64,000 bases of DNA from Clostridia bacterium (GTDB lineage: Bacteria; Bacillota; Clostridia; TANB77; CAG-508): NCBI GenBank assembly GCA_017533795.1, contig JAFWIH010000020.1, positions 9,335 through 73,334 on the forward strand, read 5' to 3'. The translations under genes were made by a program, and so were the position numbers. Positions within the stretch are counted from its first letter, which is position 1; every line of letters begins with the position of its first letter. Below, one piece after another: positions 40,325-48,546 of the stretch. Under the pieces are notes generated by a model. It ran no database searches, had not been told where the DNA came from, and was given only the letters and a program-made list of their open reading frames with translations.

Positions 40325-41278
40325 CTAAATACTGTTAATTGTTAAAACCATAGAATTACTACTATTTGGATAGCTATAATTATGTGTTGTATCCACTTTG
40401 TAAAATCTTAAACTTTTACTTGAAATAGCATCTACAGTTACTGTAAATTCATTTATATAAGTCTTACCTGCTATTGTTGTTGTATGTATATTGGTAGCTT
40501 CTCTATATATTTCGTTTGTCATATCTATTAATACAACATTAGGATCAAATCCTATTGTAACAATTGCAGATGAGCATTTTTCTTGATTTTCTGGTGATAA
40601 AGATAAATATGTATCTATATCTATCTTTTTATTTACTTGATAAGTTGTATCGTCTACTACAAATTGTTCTCTTACAGTATAATATGATAGTGTATTTGTA
40701 ATTCTTAAATCCATGTATGGATTATTAGCAGCATCTGTTATTTCATATGTTACATTTTCCTTACCTACTACAAGCGTAAATCTACCTTTTAATTTTTTTG
40801 TATATTCTGTTGTAGATGTTGCTTCTATTTCTACAGTTACTTTATCACCCGTATCTAATTGTGTGTTTGGGGTAATAGTAAGTGTAAAAAAGTCTGTATT
40901 TGTATTTGAATATATTGTTCCTGACTGTTTGCTTAACTGACAAATTGCATTATCAGTTGTGCAATTATATGTTATATTATAGCCTATATCATATGATGTA
41001 GCTTTTAAGTTATTTAATCTACTATTCATATTTATAATAATAGAATAGTCATCAACGCCAGACCAATTATCTATTTGGTACACAGCCGTATTTGCTTCTA
41101 ATTTATCACTATAGAAATAGAATTCCTTACTTCTTAAGAAAAAATCACTTACATTATTAGTTACATATCTTGCCAATACAACAACAAAAGATACAATAAA
41201 TAGTAATATTATTATTAAAATTAGTAGTTGCTTGTTTTTATATATAAATTGATTTTCTCTCATATCAATTCCTCTCAT
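40325..41278 (-). CDS. Secreted beta-rich protein with N-terminal signal anchor (SipW-substrate candidate).
   Basis: LLILIIILLFIVSFVVVLARYVTNNVSDFF. Rich in T/N/S/Y. Confidence 0.5.
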   Translation of the reverse strand: MRGIDMRENQFIYKNKQLLILIIILLFIVSFVVVLARYVTNNVSDFFLRSKEFYFYSDKLEANTAVYQIDNWSGVDDYSIIINMNSRLNNLKATSYDIGYNITYNCTTDNAICQLSKQSGTIYSNTNTDFFTLTITPNTQLDTGDKVTVEIEATSTTEYTKKLKGRFTLVVGKENVTYEITDAANNPYMDLRITNTLSYYTVREQFVVDDTTYQVNKKIDIDTYLSLSPENQEKCSSAIVTIGFDPNVVLIDMTNEIYREATNIHTTTIAGKTYINEFTVTVDAISSKSLRFYKVDTTHNYSYPNSSNSMVLTINSI

Positions 41279-41282
41279 AATT

Positions 41283-41879
41283 TTAAGTTGTTGTATATTG
41301 TCTTGATTCTACTTTTATTTCTATAGCCTCTATTATATCTTGATAGTTTTCTGTATTATAATTTGGTGGAAAATATACCACTAGTTGATATGTATTTGTT
41401 TTAGGTTCTCTATATAATAGTTCCTCTGTTTCAGTAGTCATAGTTCTAAAATATGTTTCATCTTCATCTTGCAATATTTCATTTGTTTTTGTTATATCTA
41501 CAGCATTATTGTCTGTATAGTTTTGATTCTTATATAAATAATATGTTAATGGTAAATTCGTTGTAGTTCTAATTGTTAAATCGTATGTTAAATCAATTTC
41601 AGCGCTTTGGCTTCCATCTTGGTTTCCTATTGTAAAAGTATATACATATACATTATTTTGTGGTAATATTGTTCCTAAATTGAGCGTCATAGTTTGATAA
41701 TCTTCTTTGAATAAATAAAATGCTATATCAATTTCAGCATCTGTAGAAGTCTCACTTTCATATTTTGCAAGAATAAGAGAAAAAATTCTTAAGATAATCA
41801 TACAGCACATAATTAATATTATTAACTTTGCATATAAAGTTTTTGTTCTATTATTCATCCAATTTTTCATCCTTTGCAT
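41283..41879 (-). CDS. Secreted protein with N-terminal signal anchor (SipW-substrate candidate).
   Basis: LIILIMCCMIILRIFSLILAKYESETSTDAEI. The start overlaps the sipW-3 stop by 1 nt. Confidence 0.5.
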   Translation of the reverse strand: MQRMKNWMNNRTKTLYAKLIILIMCCMIILRIFSLILAKYESETSTDAEIDIAFYLFKEDYQTMTLNLGTILPQNNVYVYTFTIGNQDGSQSAEIDLTYDLTIRTTTNLPLTYYLYKNQNYTDNNAVDITKTNEILQDEDETYFRTMTTETEELLYREPKTNTYQLVVYFPPNYNTENYQDIIEAIEIKVESRQYTTT

Positions 41880-42385
41880 TACTTTTTGGAGAATACATAA
41901 ATAAAATGCTTAGAAGTAAAATTACAATTATTATTAGTCCGAAGTATTTGTGGAGTAAGAAGTATTTTTCTCCATATTCCAACCTTAGGAACTATATAAA
42001 TTACTTTCCCCAATACTTGATTTTTTAAAATGCTTCTATCTTCGCTATTATTTGCATCTCCTTTTGTAATCAATTCTTCTTGTTTAATTTCTATAAGCCT
42101 ATGTGTTATAAAATCATTTCTGTCTTTATACACAATTATGTCATTCTCTTTTATATTATCATTAATTTTTACTATAACAACGTCGCCTATTTCAATAGTA
42201 TTAGACATACTTCCTGTTGCTACTTCAAAAAAAGTATATCCAAACATATTTGCATATTCTTTTTTTAATATTTTTATTTGAACTATATAATAAATTCCAA
42301 GTATCATTATTATTGCAACAATAAATAACAATATGTTTAGAATAATTTCTACTATTTTACTTTTCTTTATATGTTTATTAGTCAT
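41879..42385 (-). CDS. Signal peptidase I, SipW-type, paralog 3.
   Basis: EVATGSMSNTIEIGDVVIVK. 168 aa with N-terminal TM. Confidence 0.7.
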   Translation of the reverse strand: MTNKHIKKSKIVEIILNILLFIVAIIMILGIYYIVQIKILKKEYANMFGYTFFEVATGSMSNTIEIGDVVIVKINDNIKENDIIVYKDRNDFITHRLIEIKQEELITKGDANNSEDRSILKNQVLGKVIYIVPKVGIWRKILLTPQILRTNNNCNFTSKHFIYVFSKK

Positions 42386-42413
42386 ATATTTTCCCCTGTA
42401 TCATCCCTCTAAT

Positions 42414-43053
42414 TTAAGGATTTTCTACATTTTCTACATATTCAGAAATTGTTTCACCTAAATATTGTGAAACATGAACAGTAATAGGAATATGTAGCTT
42501 AGGATTGCTAGTTGCTCCTATAGAAATATCTTGAGTTGAGTCTAATTCATTATCAACCCATTGTATGCTTATTTTTATGTTATTAGTTATTCCATTTTTG
42601 ATTTTATTTAATGGAATTATTGCAGTATAAGTATTTTCTCCAGTTTTAGTTAATGTGTTATTATCAATTGTTTCAACAATATTATTTATTTGTATATTTT
42701 CATTTGTCATATTTTCTGTATTTAAGCTTATATCATACCTAACTGCTACATCTGTATCAGTAGGATTTATAGCAATTTCAAAATCCCCTGAAAGTCCGCG
42801 GTGCTATATTTCCTTCTTTAACATGCGAACTTCCATCAATATTAATTTGGTCTACTGTAAAGCTGGTTTCTATTCCCCTCGAAATTTCTGTGCCATTTAT
42901 ATAAATGTTCCATTTTCCTTTTTCAAATCGAGCATTTCCATTCATTTCACTATAAAACACAGCATAAATGTGTATTATTTCGTAAATTAAAAATCCAATA
43001 ATAATACACATACATACCAAAATTAATGTTTTAATATTTTTTTTGTTTTTCAT
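42414..43053 (-). pseudogene. TasA-like paralog split by a frameshift near 42780-42800. The two halves are ORFs 42778..43053 and 42414..42710.
   Basis: The upstream half ends ...GNIAPRTFRGF*. In the -1 frame it continues ...HRGLSGDFEIAINPTDTDVAVRYDISL...KISIQWVDNELD. These align to one intact paralog (34723): GIIAPTAEGYFDLNFDFSNTDVSFMYNISL...KIRVYIKWDDDP. An unusual GC-rich ccgcgg lies at the junction. Confidence 0.6.
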
Positions 43054-43062
43054 TAATTACCT

Positions 43063-43575
43063 CTAATTATTCTTTGACTCTCTAATCTCTGTTACAACTA
43101 CAGTAATTTGATAGATGAAAGCTAATAATGAAGGCATTACAATTAAGAATAAGAATCCCCATTTAGATTCTAGTACAGATAAAATTCCTCCAACTGTTGG
43201 TATAACTTTAGCGCCATCTACTGTACCTATAACATATTGACTTGATTTTTTTAAACTTCCTTCAAATGTATATGTTGTTTCTGTTTCTGTAACTTTTTCC
43301 ATTGCTTCTACAGTACCTAATTTCACATCAATTTGTGTATCTCCCTTTTCATAAAAGAAAGCTTTTCTTCCAGTTCTAGCTTTTACACTTTTATCAACTA
43401 TTACTAAATCTCCCTTTTTAAATCTTGGTTCTAATGAATTGTCAGTAATAAGTAATAGAGAATTGTTACCAAATTCTGTAACCTTATAATCATTGTATGA
43501 TAATAGGCACACCGTTACAAATATAGCTATAACAGCATATACAATAAATAAAATGTTTGAAATTGCTTTTTTCAT
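43063..43575 (-). CDS. Signal peptidase I, SipW-type, paralog 4, first gene of the long minus-strand operon.
   Basis: LITDNSLEPRFKKGDLVIVDK. 170 aa. N-terminal TM and C-terminal TM FLFLIVMPSLLAFIYQITVVV. Confidence 0.65.
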   Translation of the reverse strand: MKKAISNILFIVYAVIAIFVTVCLLSYNDYKVTEFGNNSLLLITDNSLEPRFKKGDLVIVDKSVKARTGRKAFFYEKGDTQIDVKLGTVEAMEKVTETETTYTFEGSLKKSSQYVIGTVDGAKVIPTVGGILSVLESKWGFLFLIVMPSLLAFIYQITVVVTEIRESKNN

Positions 43576-43598
43576 CTTTTTTCCCTCCGTATTTTTCC

Positions 43599-43683
43599 TT
43601 TTTTTTTCTTTTTGTATTTTTACTATTCATTTTTTACTATAACATAACAGATTTTTTTTTTCAACTTTTTTTTTCATTTTTTT
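43599..43683. promoter_or_regulatory. Divergent promoter region containing four homopolymeric T/A tracts (T9, T10, T9, T7). Candidate slipped-strand phase-variation site upstream of the SipW operon.
   Basis: T9 at 43599-43607, T10 at 43652-43661, T9 at 43666-43674, T7 at 43677-43683. Confidence 0.35.
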
Positions 43684-43706
43684 GTACAAATTTTTTATAT
43701 TTTTTA

Positions 43707-43735
43707 TTTACAATTATTTAGTGTAATGCTATAAT
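43707..43735 (+). promoter_or_regulatory. Sigma-A-like promoter for the 43763 gene.
   Basis: TTTACA-17 nt-TATAAT, ~28 nt upstream of the GGAGGG RBS. Confidence 0.4.
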
Positions 43736-43762
43736 AATTTTGAGTTATTGTGGAGGGTACAA

Positions 43763-44683
43763 ATGATTAATTATTCGGATAAGGATAACATAGATAAGCT
43801 AATACTGCTCGAAAAGAATTCTTTACAGGCAACTATCGATATTCAAAAAACGCTAAATAAGCAGATATTAGTTTTTATGAAAAATTTTATAGGTAATATA
43901 GAAATAAGCGCTGATAATGATGGTGAAAATAGTGCATACATGTATTTAAGCAAATCAACCACTGTATTAAACAAATCAAATACTAATATTTCTAATATTG
44001 GAAAATTATTAGAGTTATTAGATAATTTACAAGAAGCAACAGAAACCCTACCTCAATCAAAGCTAATTTCTAAAATAGAAGCTTATAACAAAAAATTCTC
44101 CACAACTATTGATTCAACATATAAAAATACTAAAAAAATTGAAGAATTCATTCACGAAACTTCAATGCTTGATTTATCAACATTTTTAAAAGAAAACTCA
44201 AAGCCTGAAAAAAGTGTAAAAAAAGAAAATGAAGAACAAACTAATACCATTACTAGTACAGATTTGGAATCTGGATTTATAGAAAAAACACTTATTATTT
44301 CAGACATACAAAAAAAAGTTATTTTACCTTATAAATTAGACAAAATTGAAGATATATTACTTGCTAATAGTGCAAAATACAAGTCTTTACAAGATGTTAT
44401 AGATAAACTATATACAAGGCCAATTAAATACTATAAAGCCCCTGCAATAGCAAGATTCAAGGAATCCTATAGATTAATGAGAAAAAAAGAACACAGTTCT
44501 ATACTTAAGGCACTATCTCTTGCTTCAGAATTGTTTATGAATTATAATTTACATCCAGCAATAATTACTGCATGTAAAAATATAGATCAATTAGATATAT
44601 ATTTAGCTTGTTTAGAAGATGATACCTTAGATGAATTTAAATTTTTTGATATCAAATATGAAGTTGCTCCTAAATTAACATAG
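43763..44683 (+). CDS. Hypothetical cytoplasmic protein, divergent from the SipW island.
   Basis: The ORF track begins at TTG 43748. ATG 43763 is preferred because GGAGGG lies 7 nt upstream. No recognisable domain. Confidence 0.5.
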   Translation: MINYSDKDNIDKLILLEKNSLQATIDIQKTLNKQILVFMKNFIGNIEISADNDGENSAYMYLSKSTTVLNKSNTNISNIGKLLELLDNLQEATETLPQSKLISKIEAYNKKFSTTIDSTYKNTKKIEEFIHETSMLDLSTFLKENSKPEKSVKKENEEQTNTITSTDLESGFIEKTLIISDIQKKVILPYKLDKIEDILLANSAKYKSLQDVIDKLYTRPIKYYKAPAIARFKESYRLMRKKEHSSILKALSLASELFMNYNLHPAIITACKNIDQLDIYLACLEDDTLDEFKFFDIKYEVAPKLT

Positions 44684-44693
44684 GAGCAACTTT

Positions 44694-45434
44694 TTATTTA
44701 CAAAATCTGTGTTTTCCTATTGTTACAGTCATTGGCCTTGACCATATCCATTTATTTGTTGCGGTGCTAGGATTAAAATAATATATTGCACCATATGAAG
44801 GATCCCAGCCATTCATTGCATCTTGTGCAGCTTTTTTTGATGCACTATCCGGATTTAAATTTATTTGTCCATCTGATACCGCATCAAAAGCCCCCTTTTG
44901 ATAAATCACTCCAGCAATTGTGTTGGGAAACGAACTACTTTTTACTCTGTTTAAAATTACAGCTCCGACTGCCACTTGTCCAGTGTATGGTTCTCCTCTA
45001 GACTCGCCATATATTAAATGGCTTAGTAAATTTATATCTGATGAATTTGTACTAGAACTTCCACTATTTGATCCACTTGATGTTATTCCCATAGCTGCTA
45101 AAGTTTTTGGCCCTGCAATGCCGTCTACAGTTAATCCATTTTTTTGTTGAAATTTTTTTACAGCCGAAACAGTTTGTGTTCCATAAATTCCATCTACACT
45201 TCCATTATAATATCCCCATCTTTTTAATTTTTCTTGTATTTTACTTACTTCTGTTCCCCTTGAACCATATTTTGAAAGTGCTTCTACTTTGCTTATTTTA
45301 AAAAATATAATTGAAATAGTCATTATAGTAATAATTAGTATTATCATTTTTATTAGTCTTTTTCTTTTATTAAACATATAACCACCTTTAGATAATTTTT
45401 TATATTTTATCCAAAAGTGGTTATTTTTATACAA
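44694..45434 (-). CDS. sleB: SleB/CwlJ-family cell-wall hydrolase (spore-cortex-lytic enzyme-like) with signal anchor and one peptidoglycan-binding repeat.
   Basis: PG_binding_1-like GSRGTEVSKIQEKLKRWGYYNGSVDGIYGTQTVSAVKKFQQKNGLTVDGIAGPKT. Hydrolase_2-like YGESRGEPYTGQVAVGAVILNRV...AFDAVSDG. Confidence 0.65.
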   Translation of the reverse strand: MYKNNHFWIKYKKLSKGGYMFNKRKRLIKMIILIITIMTISIIFFKISKVEALSKYGSRGTEVSKIQEKLKRWGYYNGSVDGIYGTQTVSAVKKFQQKNGLTVDGIAGPKTLAAMGITSSGSNSGSSSTNSSDINLLSHLIYGESRGEPYTGQVAVGAVILNRVKSSSFPNTIAGVIYQKGAFDAVSDGQINLNPDSASKKAAQDAMNGWDPSYGAIYYFNPSTATNKWIWSRPMTVTIGKHRFCK

Positions 45435-45438
45435 ATTT

Positions 45439-46461
45439 TTATGAACAGTACGTACATAAAATTGATTCTAATCCTATATTGACATCAATTAATCCAATTT
45501 TATATTTGTAGTCTAAATCAATTAGTTCTTTTATAATTATAAAAAGTTCTTGTTCAGTAAAGTAACTTGCTTGTTGTTTATACTTGTTTACCAAAAATGT
45601 TTGATTAGGTTTAAGTTCTAAACTTGTTATTATATCTAATTTTTCTTGTATTGCAATCTTTGTAAGATAAAGCTTTTTAAAATGATTATATAATGTTATT
45701 AGTATTTTTTGTATAGGTTCTTTTTGATATATTAAATTATTCAATACTTCTAATGCTTTTTGTGTATTTTTCTTTCCTAAATTATCTGTTAATTCAAAAA
45801 TAATACTTTCTATTTTTTTTGTCGATAGCTTGTCTATATCTTCTTTTTTTATAGTATTTCCCTCACCAACAAATTCTATAAGTTTTCTTATTTCGTTAAT
45901 TAAGTCTTGCATATCAGTTCCACAACATTCAAGAAAATACTGCATTGTTGGGTTATCGATATCTACTTTATATAAATTACATATTGATTTTAATCGTCTC
46001 TGAATTTGATTAGGCTTTTGATATTCAAACTTACATACAGTACCATATTTGTCTATAGTATTAAAGAGGCTACTTTTCCCCGCTTCTGCTTCAACAAATA
46101 CAACTATAACTGATTCTTTAATAGTATCTATATTTTCTTTTATATATTCATTTAGTTTGTCTCTTAATTTATTTAAGCTTTCTTTTTGTTTCTTAGCACC
46201 AGTCTTAAAAAGTCCCGTATTTTTTGCTATTATTAGTTTCTTTTCAAAACCAAATGCCGGTGTCTCTATATCTGAAATTATTTTTTCAACCGTGTCTTCA
46301 TCTAGAGTTATATAGTTTATTCCTTTAATAGTTTCACCAAATAATTTTTTTATTTTTTTAAGATTTGTTTCTAGCAAAAATGTTTCTTCACCAAAAAGAA
46401 GGTATATATTTGCTATTTTTTGAGCTTTTAAATCTCTTTCTAGTTCTTCTATTGATTGCAT
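45439..46461 (-). CDS. holA: DNA polymerase III subunit delta.
   Basis: MQSIEELERDLKAQKIANIYLLFGEETFLLE is a typical HolA N-terminus. Length 340 aa. Confidence 0.8.
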   Translation of the reverse strand: MQSIEELERDLKAQKIANIYLLFGEETFLLETNLKKIKKLFGETIKGINYITLDEDTVEKIISDIETPAFGFEKKLIIAKNTGLFKTGAKKQKESLNKLRDKLNEYIKENIDTIKESVIVVFVEAEAGKSSLFNTIDKYGTVCKFEYQKPNQIQRRLKSICNLYKVDIDNPTMQYFLECCGTDMQDLINEIRKLIEFVGEGNTIKKEDIDKLSTKKIESIIFELTDNLGKKNTQKALEVLNNLIYQKEPIQKILITLYNHFKKLYLTKIAIQEKLDIITSLELKPNQTFLVNKYKQQASYFTEQELFIIIKELIDLDYKYKIGLIDVNIGLESILCTYCS

Positions 46462-46479
46462 ATATACCCTCTCCTCTTA

Positions 46480-48513
46480 TTATTTTCCTAAAATTATTCT
46501 AAATACTTCTGCTACACTCCATCCTTGTGCTATTGCCCCTTTAGGAAGATTTGGCCTTTTTGAATCATATAATTCTGATATACTTCCTATACATCCTTCT
46601 TCTCTTAATTGCTTTTCAAAAGTTTTTTTAGTTTTAGTTTTAAATTCATCAAGTTGGTTTTGTAATTCTGCTTTTTTTATTTTTCCCTTTTCATGTTTTA
46701 TCATATTCTTTAACGAATCATAATATAGTCCTAAAAGCCATGGCCATGTTATGCCTTGATGATAACTCATGTCTCTCCTAAAACCGTCGCCTTCGTATGT
46801 ATCTACATAATTTTTTTCACCTTTAGCTAAAGTTTTCAATCCATAATTATTTAATAGTTTTTTTGTAACCGTGTCCATTATATTTTTTGCAATTTCCGAA
46901 TTTGGTTCAATTACAGGATATGTTAGAGATAATGCAAATAATTGGTTTGGCCTTATTTTACTATCTCCTAAAACATCAAATAACGATTTTCTTCTAGTAT
47001 TATAAAACTTTTCATTAAATGATTTTTTTGTTTTCTTAGCTAAGTCTCTATATTTTTTTGCTTTTGTCTTTGTTTCAAATTTTTCTGTTAAATCTCCCAT
47101 AATCATTAATGCATTATACCACATACTATTTATTTCAACCGCTTTACCATTTCTAGGTGTTGCTGCAAAATCCCCATATTTAGCATCCATCCATGTGTTT
47201 TGTGTAGATTCTGTTCCTGAAGATATTAGGTTGTCTTCATCTAAATATATGTTATTGTTATCAATATCTATGCCTAACTGATAGTTTTCAATTACTTCTA
47301 TTAATTTATTATAAATGTGTTCCTTTATAAACTTTTCATCATTAGTATAGTCTATAAATTTTTTTACTTCTTCGAATAATAGTAATGAAGCATCTACACT
47401 ATTATATAGTGGTCTATTATCATACCCAGAATATCCATTTGGAACTAGTCCTTCTTTAATATCTCTAACATATGTTAAAAGGACTTCTTTAGCTATATCA
47501 AGTCTGTTTGTAAGTAATAATAATCCTTCAAATGATATTAAACTATCTCTTCCCCAGTCTAAAAACCAATGGTATCCAGCAATTAATGTGTGTAATTTAA
47601 AACTTGGTCTATATACTACAAAGTTATCCGTTGCTACCAAAAAATCTTTAACTAATTCATCTTGTTCTAATTCTGTTTTTGTCTTTTTTCCTCTTTTTTT
47701 AGAAATTAACAATGATTTATCAAATAGTTTTTTGAGTCTTTGATTCTCATTGTTAATCATTTCTTCTACATCTATCCTTGGAATAGATTCTAATGAGCAC
47801 ATAAATGAAATATTTTTTTCTTCATTTGGTTTTAATTCTATCTTAAATACACCTGGTACACTATGATTTTCTTCAGGAAAGAATCCTCTTTTTTCTTCTT
47901 CTATATAAAACATATTATAAAACAAATCATTATAATGTTCCTCATATATACCATCAGAAATTTTCATATAAATAGGCATAGCACTATTACCATCAATAAT
48001 TAGTTTTACGTCTTTGTCTTTAACATCCTGTTTTAAATCGAAAATATGATTTGTATTCATAGTGTGAAAATCTCTATAATTTACTATTGGTGCCAAATTC
48101 AATTGTGCGGTTTTTTTACCATTTTTTATTTTATATAAAATACCCACAGAATTTTTTTCATATTCTAAGCATATTGTTTTACTAATTTCTATGTCATTTA
48201 TATTATATGTGAATGTAGGTAAATAATTTTTTTCAAAACTTGATTGGTATTTAAAACCTTGTGATATGTATTTTTTACATACATTTGTATATAGTTCATA
48301 TTTTGTTCCTTCAATTTCTATGCTTTCATCAATTTTAGATAGTATAACAAATCTTCTCGCTGGAGGTGTCAATGGTGCAACTAATAATCCATGATATTTT
48401 CTAGTATTTGCTCCTATTATAGTGGAACTCGCATATCCACCTATTCCATTTGTTATTATCCATTCCTTGGTTAATCCATTTTCTAGTGTTAATTGTTTTT
48501 CATTAAATTTCAT
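46480..48513 (-). CDS. Glycogen debranching enzyme / amylo-alpha-1,6-glucosidase family protein (GDE_N + GDE_C).
   Basis: GYHWFLDWGRDSLISFEGLLLLTNR and GITWPWLLGLYYD, characteristic of bacterial GDE-like proteins. Confidence 0.75.
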   Translation of the reverse strand: MKFNEKQLTLENGLTKEWIITNGIGGYASSTIIGANTRKYHGLLVAPLTPPARRFVILSKIDESIEIEGTKYELYTNVCKKYISQGFKYQSSFEKNYLPTFTYNINDIEISKTICLEYEKNSVGILYKIKNGKKTAQLNLAPIVNYRDFHTMNTNHIFDLKQDVKDKDVKLIIDGNSAMPIYMKISDGIYEEHYNDLFYNMFYIEEEKRGFFPEENHSVPGVFKIELKPNEEKNISFMCSLESIPRIDVEEMINNENQRLKKLFDKSLLISKKRGKKTKTELEQDELVKDFLVATDNFVVYRPSFKLHTLIAGYHWFLDWGRDSLISFEGLLLLTNRLDIAKEVLLTYVRDIKEGLVPNGYSGYDNRPLYNSVDASLLLFEEVKKFIDYTNDEKFIKEHIYNKLIEVIENYQLGIDIDNNNIYLDEDNLISSGTESTQNTWMDAKYGDFAATPRNGKAVEINSMWYNALMIMGDLTEKFETKTKAKKYRDLAKKTKKSFNEKFYNTRRKSLFDVLGDSKIRPNQLFALSLTYPVIEPNSEIAKNIMDTVTKKLLNNYGLKTLAKGEKNYVDTYEGDGFRRDMSYHQGITWPWLLGLYYDSLKNMIKHEKGKIKKAELQNQLDEFKTKTKKTFEKQLREEGCIGSISELYDSKRPNLPKGAIAQGWSVAEVFRIILGK

Positions 48514-48546
48514 TTGTTTCCTCCTAATTATTATCTTAAGTTATTA

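Noticed and set aside
18784-43575. Considered calling the SipW island a prophage or integrative element.
   Set aside because: It has no integrase, recombinase, terminase, capsid or tRNA attachment site, and no flanking direct repeats. The only compositional anomalies are the repeat elements and the promoter homopolymers, so it is treated as a chromosomal accessory island.
43748-43762. ORF-track start at TTG 43748 (MWRVQM...) for the 311-aa protein.
   Set aside because: ATG at 43763 is preceded by GGAGGG at ideal spacing. The TTG extension would begin inside the RBS.
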